Source: Phycisphaerae bacterium (GTDB lineage Bacteria; Planctomycetota; Phycisphaerae; UBA1845; Fen-1342). From it: a DNA stretch of 64,000 nt. Positions within the stretch are counted from its first letter, which is position 1. Each line of letters starts with the position of its first letter. The notes below the pieces were generated by a model that saw only the letters and a list, made by a program, of their open reading frames with translations, searched no databases and was not told the origin of the DNA. Below, one piece after another: positions 10,650-20,825 of this stretch. The DNA is taken from the NCBI GenBank assembly GCA_050115495.1, contig JASFQK010000005.1, positions 1 to 64,000 on the forward strand. The letters are read 5' to 3'. Position numbers and translations under genes: made by a program.

Positions 10650-12596
10650 ATGACGGACAGCGTTCTCGCTCAATTCGTCGAGGCCCGAAAAAGGGGTCGG
10701 TTAGCCTACTTGGTGGGCGCAGGAGTATCCCACGATCCGCCCGCTTGCTGTCCCCTCGCGGGCGAGCTGACCACACGGCTTGCTGACTACCTGTGGGACA
10801 ACAGTCAGATTGCGAGGCACCAGTGGCAAAGAGCCACGGTACGGCGGAGGTGCCGGCGCGTGCGATTCGAAAGAACAATGCAGATCGTCGCGGAGACCTC
10901 GGGTTCGCTTCGGATTTTGTGTCTGTTGCGGGGAGGGCGACCTAACCGCCTGCACGGTGCTCTTGCCCGCGCTCTGTCAGATCGCTGCCCTGTCGTAACC
11001 ACTAACTTCGACGAGCTTATCGAGCGTGCGTTCGGTGATCGTTCGAACCTCACTGTTCTGAGGACCTCAGATGACTTCCGGGCTTGGGGGCGAAAGAGCC
11101 CCAGGGGTGTGCTGGCAAAACTGCACGGATCGCTCGATGACACTAACTCACTCTGCGCTACCATGCGACAGGTCGGCGCTCTGGGGCTGGCGTTCATGTG
11201 GGACCCACCCCGTGGAGTGTTCTTAGACCGCGTTCGAACGGGGTGTCCCATGGTCGTTTTGGGCTACTCTGGATCTGACGATGCGGACATCCTGCCGCGT
11301 CTACGGATAACAAGTAGCCGTAAGCCTCTCCTGTGGGTGATCCACGGGGTTGAGCCGTTGCACGTCGCTACAGAGACTGAGACTGAGCGAGCGCGTCTCG
11401 CGCCTGGGTTGTCGGAACTCCTCAAAGAGTTGCAGGCAACCGTTATGATTGGTCCTACACGTGATGTGATCGCGTTGCTGGAGGGCAAGTCACCAGTGCC
11501 GTTGATCGCTGAGCGGTCGGTTCGGCCGCAACACATTGCCCGATTGACACGCGGCTGTTTGGGGAGACGATCGGCAGCGTATCTCGCAGATTACATTGTT
11601 GCACGACTATTCTATGAAAGTGGGTACCGAAGTGCTTCAAGGCACCTGTTTGCGGAGGTACGGAAGACAGCTGGAGAGCGGCATCCTGGGCTTCGCGTTC
11701 GATGTATGACAAGCGAGGCAACAGTTGCGGCGGACCTGGGTGACTGGCCCGCAGCCGCGAGACTACTCGACCGAGCGATGCCCGGCCTGAAACGATGGGC
11801 CGACCATCACTCATTCGCGAACGCCTGCATCAATAGGGCTCTCGTGTATCGGCATATGGACGAAACTGAGGAGGCGCAAAACCTACTTGAGAACACCATC
11901 CATGCCACGGCGGACAATCCGGCGTTCTTGCCTGAATGGGCAAGTGCCAACGCCAATCTCGCAGATATCGCCTTCGAAACGGAACAGCTCGACAAGGCGG
12001 CACAGCTGCTGAAGAAGGCGCGTCGCGGATTCAAGGTAGTTGGCGATCACGGCGGGCTTGCCAGGGTGTGCGGCACGCTCGGCAAGATCTGGTACGCGCG
12101 CGGCAAGCACGAGGACGCTGTCATTGCTCTCCAGATGGCGCTCTGGCATGCCAGGGTCTCGTGGGATGTGACTGGCGAAGCACGTCTGCTAAACAACCTG
12201 GGAACTATGCAGCGGGCGCTCAGCCTGCCCGACGCAGCAGAGGCTTCCTATCGACGAGCGAGCGAGCTTGGACGGCGCGTTGGGGATCCGGAGCCAGAAG
12301 TTGTGGCGGCCATGGGAATGGTCGCGGTTGACCTGGTGCGAGGGCAGTTACGGAAAGCTGGGAGAAGGGCGCGAAGCTGCCTGAAAGCCGCTGAACGGTT
12401 GGGCCTCAATCGGCTTGCCATGCAGACTCGCGGCAACCTAGCGTTGGCTCTCATCGCGTCTGGGGAGTACCGGAAGGCACTTCGCATGCTCCGTGTGATT
12501 GCGCCGTTCTTCGAAGCACATGGGCCCTCGGAGCAAGCAGCTTTCACCCTTAGAAATATCGGCGTGTGCCTCGGGGCCCTTGGGCGGACGGATTGA
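10650..12596 (+). CDS. SIR2-like (NADase-type) domain plus TPR repeats; reading frame continues past the TGA to 12695
   Basis: LVGAGVS, VVTTNFD, KLHGS and LGYSGSD sirtuin motifs, followed by TPR-like helices (NNLG, GNLA, RNIG). Alternative start at 10578. Confidence 0.85.
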   Translation: MTDSVLAQFVEARKRGRLAYLVGAGVSHDPPACCPLAGELTTRLADYLWDNSQIARHQWQRATVRRRCRRVRFERTMQIVAETSGSLRILCLLRGGRPNRLHGALARALSDRCPVVTTNFDELIERAFGDRSNLTVLRTSDDFRAWGRKSPRGVLAKLHGSLDDTNSLCATMRQVGALGLAFMWDPPRGVFLDRVRTGCPMVVLGYSGSDDADILPRLRITSSRKPLLWVIHGVEPLHVATETETERARLAPGLSELLKELQATVMIGPTRDVIALLEGKSPVPLIAERSVRPQHIARLTRGCLGRRSAAYLADYIVARLFYESGYRSASRHLFAEVRKTAGERHPGLRVRCMTSEATVAADLGDWPAAARLLDRAMPGLKRWADHHSFANACINRALVYRHMDETEEAQNLLENTIHATADNPAFLPEWASANANLADIAFETEQLDKAAQLLKKARRGFKVVGDHGGLARVCGTLGKIWYARGKHEDAVIALQMALWHARVSWDVTGEARLLNNLGTMQRALSLPDAAEASYRRASELGRRVGDPEPEVVAAMGMVAVDLVRGQLRKAGRRARSCLKAAERLGLNRLAMQTRGNLALALIASGEYRKALRMLRVIAPFFEAHGPSEQAAFTLRNIGVCLGALGRTD

Positions 12597-13080
12597 GCGG
12601 TCGCAATCCTACGTGAAGCGGCGCGGTGCTACAAGCAGTGTGGCCGTGTCGACGAAGCAAGGGAGGCGTTGGACTTGGCGAGCCGAGTCACCTAACGACG
12701 AAGCTCATTTCCCGCTCACAGGCTCGATCAGCCTCCCCAGTGGGACGATGCGAGTACGCCTCCCGAGCGAGCCTCCGAAGCATGCCCTTTGGAGGGCGGT
12801 GGGAAACCATGGGGACGTCGCAGCTCAGGCGAGCGTGAGATTGTGGCGAACAAGGATAGCACGCGGCACGACGGGGAACGGCCATCTCGGTGGTACGGAC
12901 CGAGGCACGCGAGCTCGACGACGTCCAGCCGTGCTGGCAGTCGGCGGCGATAACAACCCCGCCGCTCGCGTGGACGACCTCCCTCATCTCTCCAGGTATC
13001 ATCCCGCCCCCGCCTCTCTACACGCAGTCATTGCTCCCTGCCCTTGTGAAGGATGGAGTCACCCGGCTCGCCACATGTCT

Positions 13081-16000
13081 CTATCGCTTGATTCGCCCAA
13101 TGAACTCTGCTGCTGCAGAAGCATCTCGTAGCCCGAGCCACTCGGCAAGTCGTTCCAAAAAGCTGAGCCGACCCGGCGTGTCGGGTGTCGCGTCCTCTAT
13201 CTTAGCCAGAGGCAACCTTGCGAACGGGTTGCCATGGTAAGTGAGGAGGCTCCAGGATGGCCAGACTCGCCGAGATCGAGTCGCGGACTCTAAGAACCGT
13301 CGGACCTCGACGAGCGTTTGCCCCATACCTGCAGGAGAAGCGAATAACGGGGAATAAAGCGCCTCGCCGAACACACTGCCCATGGTGTCGAATACAGGCA
13401 GCGCGCTCGCAATCACCGCTCCCGCACCCTCGACCAATAGCTGCCACGCCAAGTCCTCTCGTTGGCCTCCGAAGTCGCGAGTGCGACCAGTTCGACATGA
13501 GTTGAGTACCAGCAGCGGCCTCTGTGGAAGCAGCCTCGAACATCCCAAGCGACTCTTGAGAATAGCGATCTCCCGACGACCGAAGAAAGTGTATGGACGT
13601 TCGTTGTTTCCTCCGTGCAGGACGAGCACTTCTTCGTTGTCGATAATCGCACCGTGTCCTGTGTAGTGAATAACGGAGGGTGACTGTCGGAGCAGCGGAC
13701 TGAGCGCCTTGGGTTGAGCGGCTTGCCCCAGCAAGGCGGTGCCGCTGGGCAGCAATCGGTAGCCGGTATCGCGGAGAGCAGAGGTGAGCTTGGTCGCTTC
13801 CTCCCTGGCGAACAATAGATGTTCCTGCGGATTCGTGGACGCGTTCCATGGGCACACGATGGCAGCAGTCGGGTCGCCGCTGCCGAACGCATCTCGCGTA
13901 ATTGCTTGAGTCGATGTGGCCGTCAATGGTCCCCAACGAGCCAGCGGACGTTGAAGCCCGAGCCAATCTTGCTCTCCGTCGCCGATTCGAAGTGCTTCCC
14001 ACGGGAAGGCGGCCCAGTAAGGGTCACCGCTGATCAGCACTTCATAACCGCTCGTGGGGCACAGCAACTCCTGCACTGGCTCGGGAAGGGTAGCCCAAGC
14101 CTCTGCGCCCAGTCGAGCAACTTCCTTGCGACGATGGTTGCTGGTTCGTTCATCCTCGCGATCGAAAACGGTGAGGATCTCATTGAACAGTTTACTACCT
14201 AGCTTGCTGAAACCGTCCGATCGAAAGGAGCAGAAGGCTCTCGAACGGCCTGGTGCAAGAAACGTCAACAGCATCTCTGAGTTCGCAAGGCCTTGCGGTA
14301 TCAGAAACGCGATGCGCTGCTCAACTCGGTCACCGGCCTCCCGAAGACCTTCGGCGGCCGCGTCGAGACTATCACCCGGAGCAATGCCAAGTGCCTGCAC
14401 TCGTCCTTCCCGCATAGCTGATAGGCACCGAAACACACCTCTCGAGTCGTCCTGTGCGGCCAGTTCGCTGGCGAATTGCCGATAGGCACCAGCTGCACGA
14501 CCTTTTGTCAGCCAACGAACGTCAGGGTCTTTCGAGCAATCCTCAGCAAGCTCCACCGCGTCCCTCGCCATCTTGTACGCCGTGTGAGAATCACCCAGCT
14601 TAGCCAAGAGGCCTGCAAAGTTATTCAGCGCTGCAGACAGATCGGCGCCATATACACACGGCTCCTTCCGCGCCTTCGGTTGCAGGAACTCGGTAGCCCG
14701 ATGCCACATTGATCTCGCATGCTCAAGCCGGCCCTCCCGTTCAAGAACCACCCCCAGATTGCTTAGGCTACCCGCGAGCTGAGCACAGTAGACGCCGGGC
14801 TCTTTTAAGCACAATCTCTCATAGTTTTTCACGGCACGAGTGAAGTACCGACTAGCTTGCTTCAAGTCGCCCTGCTTCAAGAACGCGAGACCGACATTAT
14901 GTAGCGTTGCAGTGTAATCCGGCTGACCAGAGCGACGGTCGTGGCGGACGTTGGCCATGCGAATGCGAAGGCTCTCACGCAGCACGTCTATAGCCTCGGT
15001 GTATCGCTCCTGCTCGATCAGAATAAGTCCTAGATTGTTACACACGCCTGCCCGGTAGGAATCCCGCGATTGCAGCGTCCGGCCTGAATGGGTACGCAGC
15101 ATCTCAAGACTTCGAACAAATGTCCGACGAGCCGCTTCGTGATCGCGCTGGTATCGTTGGACCTCGCCCAGGTTGTTGAGGGCGCCGGCTAGATCTCTCG
15201 CGTACAACTTGGAATCTCGATTCGCGAGCGTGCCATAAATCGATACGGCTTCATCGAGCAATTCGAATGCAGCCCAGGAGTCCCTCATCTCATGAAAGAG
15301 GTTTCCGAGGTTGAGAAGACTCATTGCTAGCTCTGGCAACTGAGTCAATTCGTCTTGCGTTGCAAGCTCGCGATTGATTGCTAGGGCCTCTTCGTACGCA
15401 GAGCGCGCAGCTTCTAGGTTCCTCGTCTCAAGTAAGACTATGCCCAGATTGTTGAGCGATGAGGCGAGAAAGCGGTGATGTTTCACAGGATCGCGCAACG
15501 AGAGGGAGCGAAAATGTTGTACGGCGCTCTCATGCGATTCCCGTGCGGCACCATACTCCTTCAACTGACGTAACACCTCGCCGCAGTTGCTGTGGGCCAG
15601 GGCCAGATAGCTCTCATACGAGAGCGCGTCACGATCGGCAACTTCCTGGTATAGCTCCACCGCGCGAGAAACGAGGTCGTATGCTTCGCGCCATGCCCGC
15701 ATCTTCATGGAGCGGACGCCTAGTGTGAGTACGAACGTCGCCTCGCATTCCGTGAATCCTTGCTCGTGGCTCAGGATCGCGGCGCGAGTGCACAGACTCA
15801 ACGTGATACGTGCTCCGTCTTCGTCGAGCATCTCAGGTGTGTCGGCCAGTTGAGCTGCTTTGCGCAGGCTGAGTAATTCGATCACAGCAGCCTCTGCTGT
15901 CCGTTCCTCGTCAAGCAGGTGCTTGGCTGCGGTGGTCCAGTCGCGGTACTCCCTTGGATCAATATCGACCCAAGAGAGCTGAAGGAACTGTTTTGCACTT

Positions 16001-16140
16001 GGGTCGGCGCAGGAGTTCGCCGCACTGTTGAGATGGTCTGGCTCGCCTGTGGCTATGAATGAACGAAGCTGGGTCACCCAGGAAGGGTCGCCCGAATCGT
16101 GCGGTCGTTCAACGGCAGATTTGCTGCTTTGTTCGCCCAC
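13081..16140 (-). CDS. TPR-repeat protein with C-terminal CHAT (caspase-like, HetF family) protease
   Basis: Repeated 'LAxSLNNLG' TPRs; CHAT motifs FPWEAL, IHYTGHG (catalytic His) and VLNSC (catalytic Cys). Confidence 0.9.
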   Translation of the reverse strand: MGEQSSKSAVERPHDSGDPSWVTQLRSFIATGEPDHLNSAANSCADPSAKQFLQLSWVDIDPREYRDWTTAAKHLLDEERTAEAAVIELLSLRKAAQLADTPEMLDEDGARITLSLCTRAAILSHEQGFTECEATFVLTLGVRSMKMRAWREAYDLVSRAVELYQEVADRDALSYESYLALAHSNCGEVLRQLKEYGAARESHESAVQHFRSLSLRDPVKHHRFLASSLNNLGIVLLETRNLEAARSAYEEALAINRELATQDELTQLPELAMSLLNLGNLFHEMRDSWAAFELLDEAVSIYGTLANRDSKLYARDLAGALNNLGEVQRYQRDHEAARRTFVRSLEMLRTHSGRTLQSRDSYRAGVCNNLGLILIEQERYTEAIDVLRESLRIRMANVRHDRRSGQPDYTATLHNVGLAFLKQGDLKQASRYFTRAVKNYERLCLKEPGVYCAQLAGSLSNLGVVLEREGRLEHARSMWHRATEFLQPKARKEPCVYGADLSAALNNFAGLLAKLGDSHTAYKMARDAVELAEDCSKDPDVRWLTKGRAAGAYRQFASELAAQDDSRGVFRCLSAMREGRVQALGIAPGDSLDAAAEGLREAGDRVEQRIAFLIPQGLANSEMLLTFLAPGRSRAFCSFRSDGFSKLGSKLFNEILTVFDREDERTSNHRRKEVARLGAEAWATLPEPVQELLCPTSGYEVLISGDPYWAAFPWEALRIGDGEQDWLGLQRPLARWGPLTATSTQAITRDAFGSGDPTAAIVCPWNASTNPQEHLLFAREEATKLTSALRDTGYRLLPSGTALLGQAAQPKALSPLLRQSPSVIHYTGHGAIIDNEEVLVLHGGNNERPYTFFGRREIAILKSRLGCSRLLPQRPLLVLNSCRTGRTRDFGGQREDLAWQLLVEGAGAVIASALPVFDTMGSVFGEALYSPLFASPAGMGQTLVEVRRFLESATRSRRVWPSWSLLTYHGNPFARLPLAKIEDATPDTPGRLSFLERLAEWLGLRDASAAAEFIGRIKR

Positions 16141-17013
16141 TTACGATCTTCGCTCATGCACCTCACGCCGTCGGATCCACCGCAGACCGCGTCGGTCTTC
16201 GATCAGGACCGAGAAACGCCTCGCAGCCAAAGAAACGGTCATTGCAGCATAATCCTACCCGAGTTGCTTCGTGCAGCCAGGCGCGCCCACCCGGTGTTCA
16301 GCAGAAACCGTCTTTGGTAGGCCCGTGGGGTAAACAGGGGTCTGCTTGAGGTTGCTCGCTAACTGCAGAGCCGGCAGGGAGTTATGACCTCAACCCTTGC
16401 TGGAAGACAACTTGCCTTGGAGGCCTCGGGAAGATGCGACCCCCTCCGCCATTTCAGCACCGCCCCTTTCGTCTTCCCTGCCGTCCGTGCGAGGTTTGGA
16501 GGGACGGGGGTCGCGAAACTGACGAGCGGATACCCCGCATCGCAAGGACCGACTGGCGCAAGCCCACGACGTGCAGCTCACAAGGCTGGGATTCGAGCAT
16601 GTTCATCGCTGTCCCGGTCACCGCCGCCGCGGCGGCGGTGGCCGGCCCCTCCGGACCCCTGAGACGGGCGCAGATGACGGTAGGTCTTCCTGGCTGGCAG
16701 TTGTTGTGGAAAGCCCGCGCAGAGATCACAACTTCCGCACGGCGGGTTGACGCAACGGGCCGCGTCGGCAAGGTGAACGACATGAACTTCGTGAGGGGCC
16801 AGCATTTCTGAGATCGATCACCGGGGCCGGACGTTGACTAGGCCGCAAAGGCCCCAGATTACCTAGTTTTACATCGTGGCCAGCTCGCGCGCCGCGTGGG
16901 CAGGGGACCCGTTCCCTCGGCTCAAGCCTCCGCACCAACAGTAGACGACGATCGCTCCGTGGTGGGGCTATGGCGCATCTGCGCAACAGGCTGACGCACA
17001 TAACGCCTGCGGG

Positions 17014-17150
17014 CTAGAACCTATCCCTGAACCGCCGATGGACCATGAACCACATTGCTCTGGCATCGATAATCACGGAGAAGACTGGCAGTTTCGTTCC
17101 GTCCATCGTCGCGTTCATGCGGGAGGACCCGGTAAAGGGATAGGTTCTAG
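17014..17150. mobile_element. MITE-like element (137 bp) with IS5-family-like ends
   Basis: Perfect 15-bp inverted repeat ctagaacctatccct / agggataggttctag with CTAG at both outer ends; no coding capacity. Confidence 0.7.
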
Positions 17151-17330
17151 GGGCTCAAGGCGGTTCGGGGCGGCTGGGACCGCGCCAGGTTGACGGTCCC
17201 CATCATGTCGGATTTCGCTTAGAGTACTTTGTGCGACCGTAGGAGCACCCACCACGGAGCTGGCGGTGCATCACGGAACGTTGATCAACCGCAGAAGGAT
17301 ACGATCAATGCCAGATCGGGAGCGCGCATC

Positions 17331-19442
17331 ATGGCAACGGACAATAGGCCTGTGCTTCTTTTCGCGATTGACCGCTGGGCTAGCGCTGCAGGCGGCATCC
17401 AGACAGTAAACCGCGAGCTGGCTAAGGCCATGGCTCGCAGGTATTCCGCATTCCGTTGCGTTTGTCTGGTGATTCATGCGTCGGAGGAGGAAACTAAGAC
17501 TGCTCGCCAGTGCGGCGTCGAATTGATCAAGTGCGGTGGGAGCGGCGATCAACTGTCCTCTCTTTCCCCCGAGCTCTTGCCTACGCTCAGTTCTGGCCAA
17601 GTCACGGCAGTGGTTGGGCACGGGAGGTTCTCGGGCCCGTTCGCCCAGGGACTTCGCGCGGCCCATTTTCCCGCAGCGAAGTACGTCTACTTCGTCCATT
17701 CCAGTCCTCTCGATACCGAGCACCTTAAGGAGTACCAACAGGACACGTACGTCCTGCAACGCGAGAAGAGGCTTGCCGAGGAACTCGCGTCGGCGGGCAA
17801 GGCGGACCTCGTGGCATGTGTCGGACCCCGCCTCTCGCGATATATGAGAGATGCCTTGATGTCGCGCGGGCGAAGCGACCGAGTCGTGCGGATTGACTGT
17901 GGTATTTCAAACGACAGTCGCGAATACCATCCCCCCGCACAGCCTACGCTGCTGTCGCTCGGGCGCACCGACAGCATTGGCGTGAAGGGCCTAGATTTGT
18001 TCGCCCTGGCTGCTGGCCACCTCCTTAAGAAGTGGCAGTCACACCCGGCAACTCGTGATCGGCCCCGCCCACGGTTTGTTGTCCGCGGAGCCAAAGACCA
18101 CCCTGAAGCGCTAGCCACCACCCTGCAGGAGATCGGGGCGCGTTTCTCGCCGGATCTGAAAATCATTGTCAGGCCGTATACGACAAGTGCTGCTGATCTG
18201 CAGGCGGATTTCACGCAAGCCAGCGCATTTGTAATGCCTTCACGTGAGGAGGGTTTCGGTTTGGTCGCGTGTGAAGCATTATCCTCAGGGGTACCGGTCA
18301 TAGTAAGCAGCGAAAGCGGTATCGCGGAGGTGATACGCGACTTGGCGAAGCAGCACTTCTTTGAGATCGGCCCGACCGTGCTCGATCTCTCGGGAGCGCC
18401 GGACGCCATCGCCGCAAGACTCGCGGGCGCAGTGTTGGCGATTCTCGAAGACGAGAGTCGGGCTGCACACAGAACTCATCTGTTACGACAGAAGCTCTTT
18501 CTCCCCTGCTCGTGGGACGCCGCCGCTGACACCTTGTTCGGAGCGTTATTTCCTTCTTCCGGTCATCCTTCAGAGTCGAAGCCGAGACAGAATGGAGGGC
18601 TCGCCGCGCGGGTTGCTGGCAGTAGCGCGGCCACCGATAGCCTGCAGGAGACGCCAGCAAGCGATCTGGAACAGCCGCCCCGCGCGGCGATACTCGTGAC
18701 GGATCCGCGCCTTCACTCGCATCTGCGGAAAGACCTGCGGAGCTTCAAGGAGTCGTGGTGCGGCATGCGCCGATACGACTTCGCTACCTTGCCTGAGGGC
18801 TCAACCGCCCGCGTGTCGCTCCTACTCGTTAGCGGCGCGGGAAACCTGGACTCCGCGGTCAAGACCACGCTCCTCCTGCGCGATCTCCAGCCTGAGCTAA
18901 TCCTGCTGCTTGGCTCTGCAAGTGGCCTCGAGGCCAGTGGCGTTGCTCTGGGCGATGTCATCATCGCGGGCTCTATTATCCACTATGAACCAGGACATGT
19001 TGACGCAGCTGAAATCTCGTCGAGATACAGTTTCGTCTACAAGACGCCACGTCTCCTCGAGGAAGTGGCGCGTAGTGTGGCTGCACGCCGCAGCCAGCCG
19101 CCGACCCAGCCATCCAAGAGCGCTGTTCAGTCTATGGTGCACTTGGGTGTTGTCGCTTCCGGCGACAAGGTGTTTCGAGCGCCGACGCAGCTGACCAACG
19201 AGCTGGGAACGTCCTTCGGCGTGTTGGGGTTTGAAACCGAGGCGGCAGGTGTCGCTGAGGCTGTTTCGCAGGCGGGCATACTCCTGGTATCGGTACACAG
19301 CGTTGACAGGCTGCTCGTGGAGGGCGGGGCGAGCGCCGACCCAAACGAGACTAACGCTACCAAGGCGTTAGAGATCGGATTGGCCATAGTTGATGGCGTG
19401 TTCCGCTCGCCGAGCCTGCGACGGCTGTTATCGCGACCATAG
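17331..19442 (+). CDS. GT4 (GT-B) glycosyltransferase fused to a purine nucleoside phosphorylase/MTA-SAH nucleosidase-like domain
   Basis: N-terminal 'WASAAGGIQTVNRELA', 'KGLD', 'VMPSREEGFGLVACEALSSGVPVIVS'; C-terminal 'GAGN', 'LGDVII', 'GVVASGDKV', 'FETEAAGV'. Confidence 0.85.
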   Translation: MATDNRPVLLFAIDRWASAAGGIQTVNRELAKAMARRYSAFRCVCLVIHASEEETKTARQCGVELIKCGGSGDQLSSLSPELLPTLSSGQVTAVVGHGRFSGPFAQGLRAAHFPAAKYVYFVHSSPLDTEHLKEYQQDTYVLQREKRLAEELASAGKADLVACVGPRLSRYMRDALMSRGRSDRVVRIDCGISNDSREYHPPAQPTLLSLGRTDSIGVKGLDLFALAAGHLLKKWQSHPATRDRPRPRFVVRGAKDHPEALATTLQEIGARFSPDLKIIVRPYTTSAADLQADFTQASAFVMPSREEGFGLVACEALSSGVPVIVSSESGIAEVIRDLAKQHFFEIGPTVLDLSGAPDAIAARLAGAVLAILEDESRAAHRTHLLRQKLFLPCSWDAAADTLFGALFPSSGHPSESKPRQNGGLAARVAGSSAATDSLQETPASDLEQPPRAAILVTDPRLHSHLRKDLRSFKESWCGMRRYDFATLPEGSTARVSLLLVSGAGNLDSAVKTTLLLRDLQPELILLLGSASGLEASGVALGDVIIAGSIIHYEPGHVDAAEISSRYSFVYKTPRLLEEVARSVAARRSQPPTQPSKSAVQSMVHLGVVASGDKVFRAPTQLTNELGTSFGVLGFETEAAGVAEAVSQAGILLVSVHSVDRLLVEGGASADPNETNATKALEIGLAIVDGVFRSPSLRRLLSRP

Positions 19443-19541
19443 GGTTGGCTACAGGCTCCGTTGTTTTTCGTCCGCATCGTCAGAAACACAGGTGTACGCC
19501 GCATGCTTACGGCAGTCGATTGGCTACAACGACGGGATGAG

Positions 19542-20825
19542 ATGTTCACCGACGTCTTCCGACGGCCGGCGGACATCCTCCACTCGCTGCAGTACGCGAA
19601 ACAGATCTCGCAACTGTACGATCAAGTCGTAGCGGATATCGGCCGCGCACTTGCAGGCGACGCAATGCATGGCTACTGCATTTGTGCGTTTGGCTCGCCG
19701 GCGAGGTTTGAGATGTTAGGGCAATCCGATCTCGACTGCTTGATCGTGAGGACCGACGATGTCGACGTGTCGTCCTTTCGAGATTCCTTTATCCTCGCCC
19801 TTCGCGAACGCGGATTCTCGAAGATCGACATTCCCGAATGGGGTGCCCTATCCGACTGTGAGGCATTCATGGCCACCGCAGTTACTGAAGGCAATCAGAT
19901 TGTCGAGGCGCGATACATAGCTGGCGACGCTACAGTCTGGCGCAAGCTCCTTGCACTCAAGCGACGGTATTGTACGCCGGAACGCTTCCGAGTGACGTTC
20001 CTGTTCCAGTACTATTACTTCCAGCAGTACTACGCACAGCGGGAGCGCGTCGGCCAGCGAAACCTCAAGTATGGCCATGGCGGCACGCGCGATTTTCTCT
20101 TTCCCACGTGGCTTGCTAATCTGCGCGATGGCTTTGCGGCGTGTCACGATCAGGAGTCACCGCACATCGTGACTTCGCTACAATCGCTTCGCAACCATGA
20201 CGATCTTTCGTGTGATGGGCTCGGGCCTGCCCTGGACGCTGTAAACGTCGTCGCCTTCCTCCGCAATGAACTGCTTCGTCATAGTGAGGGGACGTCCGAT
20301 TCAGGACTGACATACCTTCACACAGAAAGCGCGCACGCAATCGCGAGCCACTTGCCCCATCTGTACGGTTCACACGCTGAAGTGGTGACGCACGGCACCG
20401 CTGCCGCGAACCATGTTGCGGCACTTAAGCGTATCTGTCTGGCGGGCTTCATGCGTGACAGGGAGATCGAGCGACGGACGACGAGACAGGATCCAGCTGA
20501 TGAGCTAGGTGCCATCGCTCTCTCCTGGTCGCGTGACCTGTCGGGCTGTCCAGGCTCGCTTTTCACTAAGTTGTTGTCTGGCTCTCGATGGACAGTTCTT
20601 GCCTCATTGGCCTGTAATCACACTTGCCCGCCGGGTGCCCTCGATGACCTTGCGCGATTAGGGATGCGGAAGGGATACGAGTACATCCTGAAAGTTGTGG
20701 GGCGCAACCCCCGTACAGCCGACGCAACGCTCGAGCGCATTGCCGCATGTCAAGCAGAATGGAGATTCCGCGAACCGGCTGTCACACGACTGGAGCAAGG
20801 ATGGAGACGCGCAAACGAATTATGA
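19542..20825 (+). CDS. GlnD/GlnE-like Pol-beta nucleotidyltransferase with C-terminal helical (LRV-like) repeats
   Basis: 'FGSPARFEM...SDLD' and 'NLKYGHGGTRDF' motifs; C-terminal 'LACNHTCP...VGRNPRT'. Start uncertain (19503 or 19542). Confidence 0.75.
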   Translation: MFTDVFRRPADILHSLQYAKQISQLYDQVVADIGRALAGDAMHGYCICAFGSPARFEMLGQSDLDCLIVRTDDVDVSSFRDSFILALRERGFSKIDIPEWGALSDCEAFMATAVTEGNQIVEARYIAGDATVWRKLLALKRRYCTPERFRVTFLFQYYYFQQYYAQRERVGQRNLKYGHGGTRDFLFPTWLANLRDGFAACHDQESPHIVTSLQSLRNHDDLSCDGLGPALDAVNVVAFLRNELLRHSEGTSDSGLTYLHTESAHAIASHLPHLYGSHAEVVTHGTAAANHVAALKRICLAGFMRDREIERRTTRQDPADELGAIALSWSRDLSGCPGSLFTKLLSGSRWTVLASLACNHTCPPGALDDLARLGMRKGYEYILKVVGRNPRTADATLERIAACQAEWRFREPAVTRLEQGWRRANEL

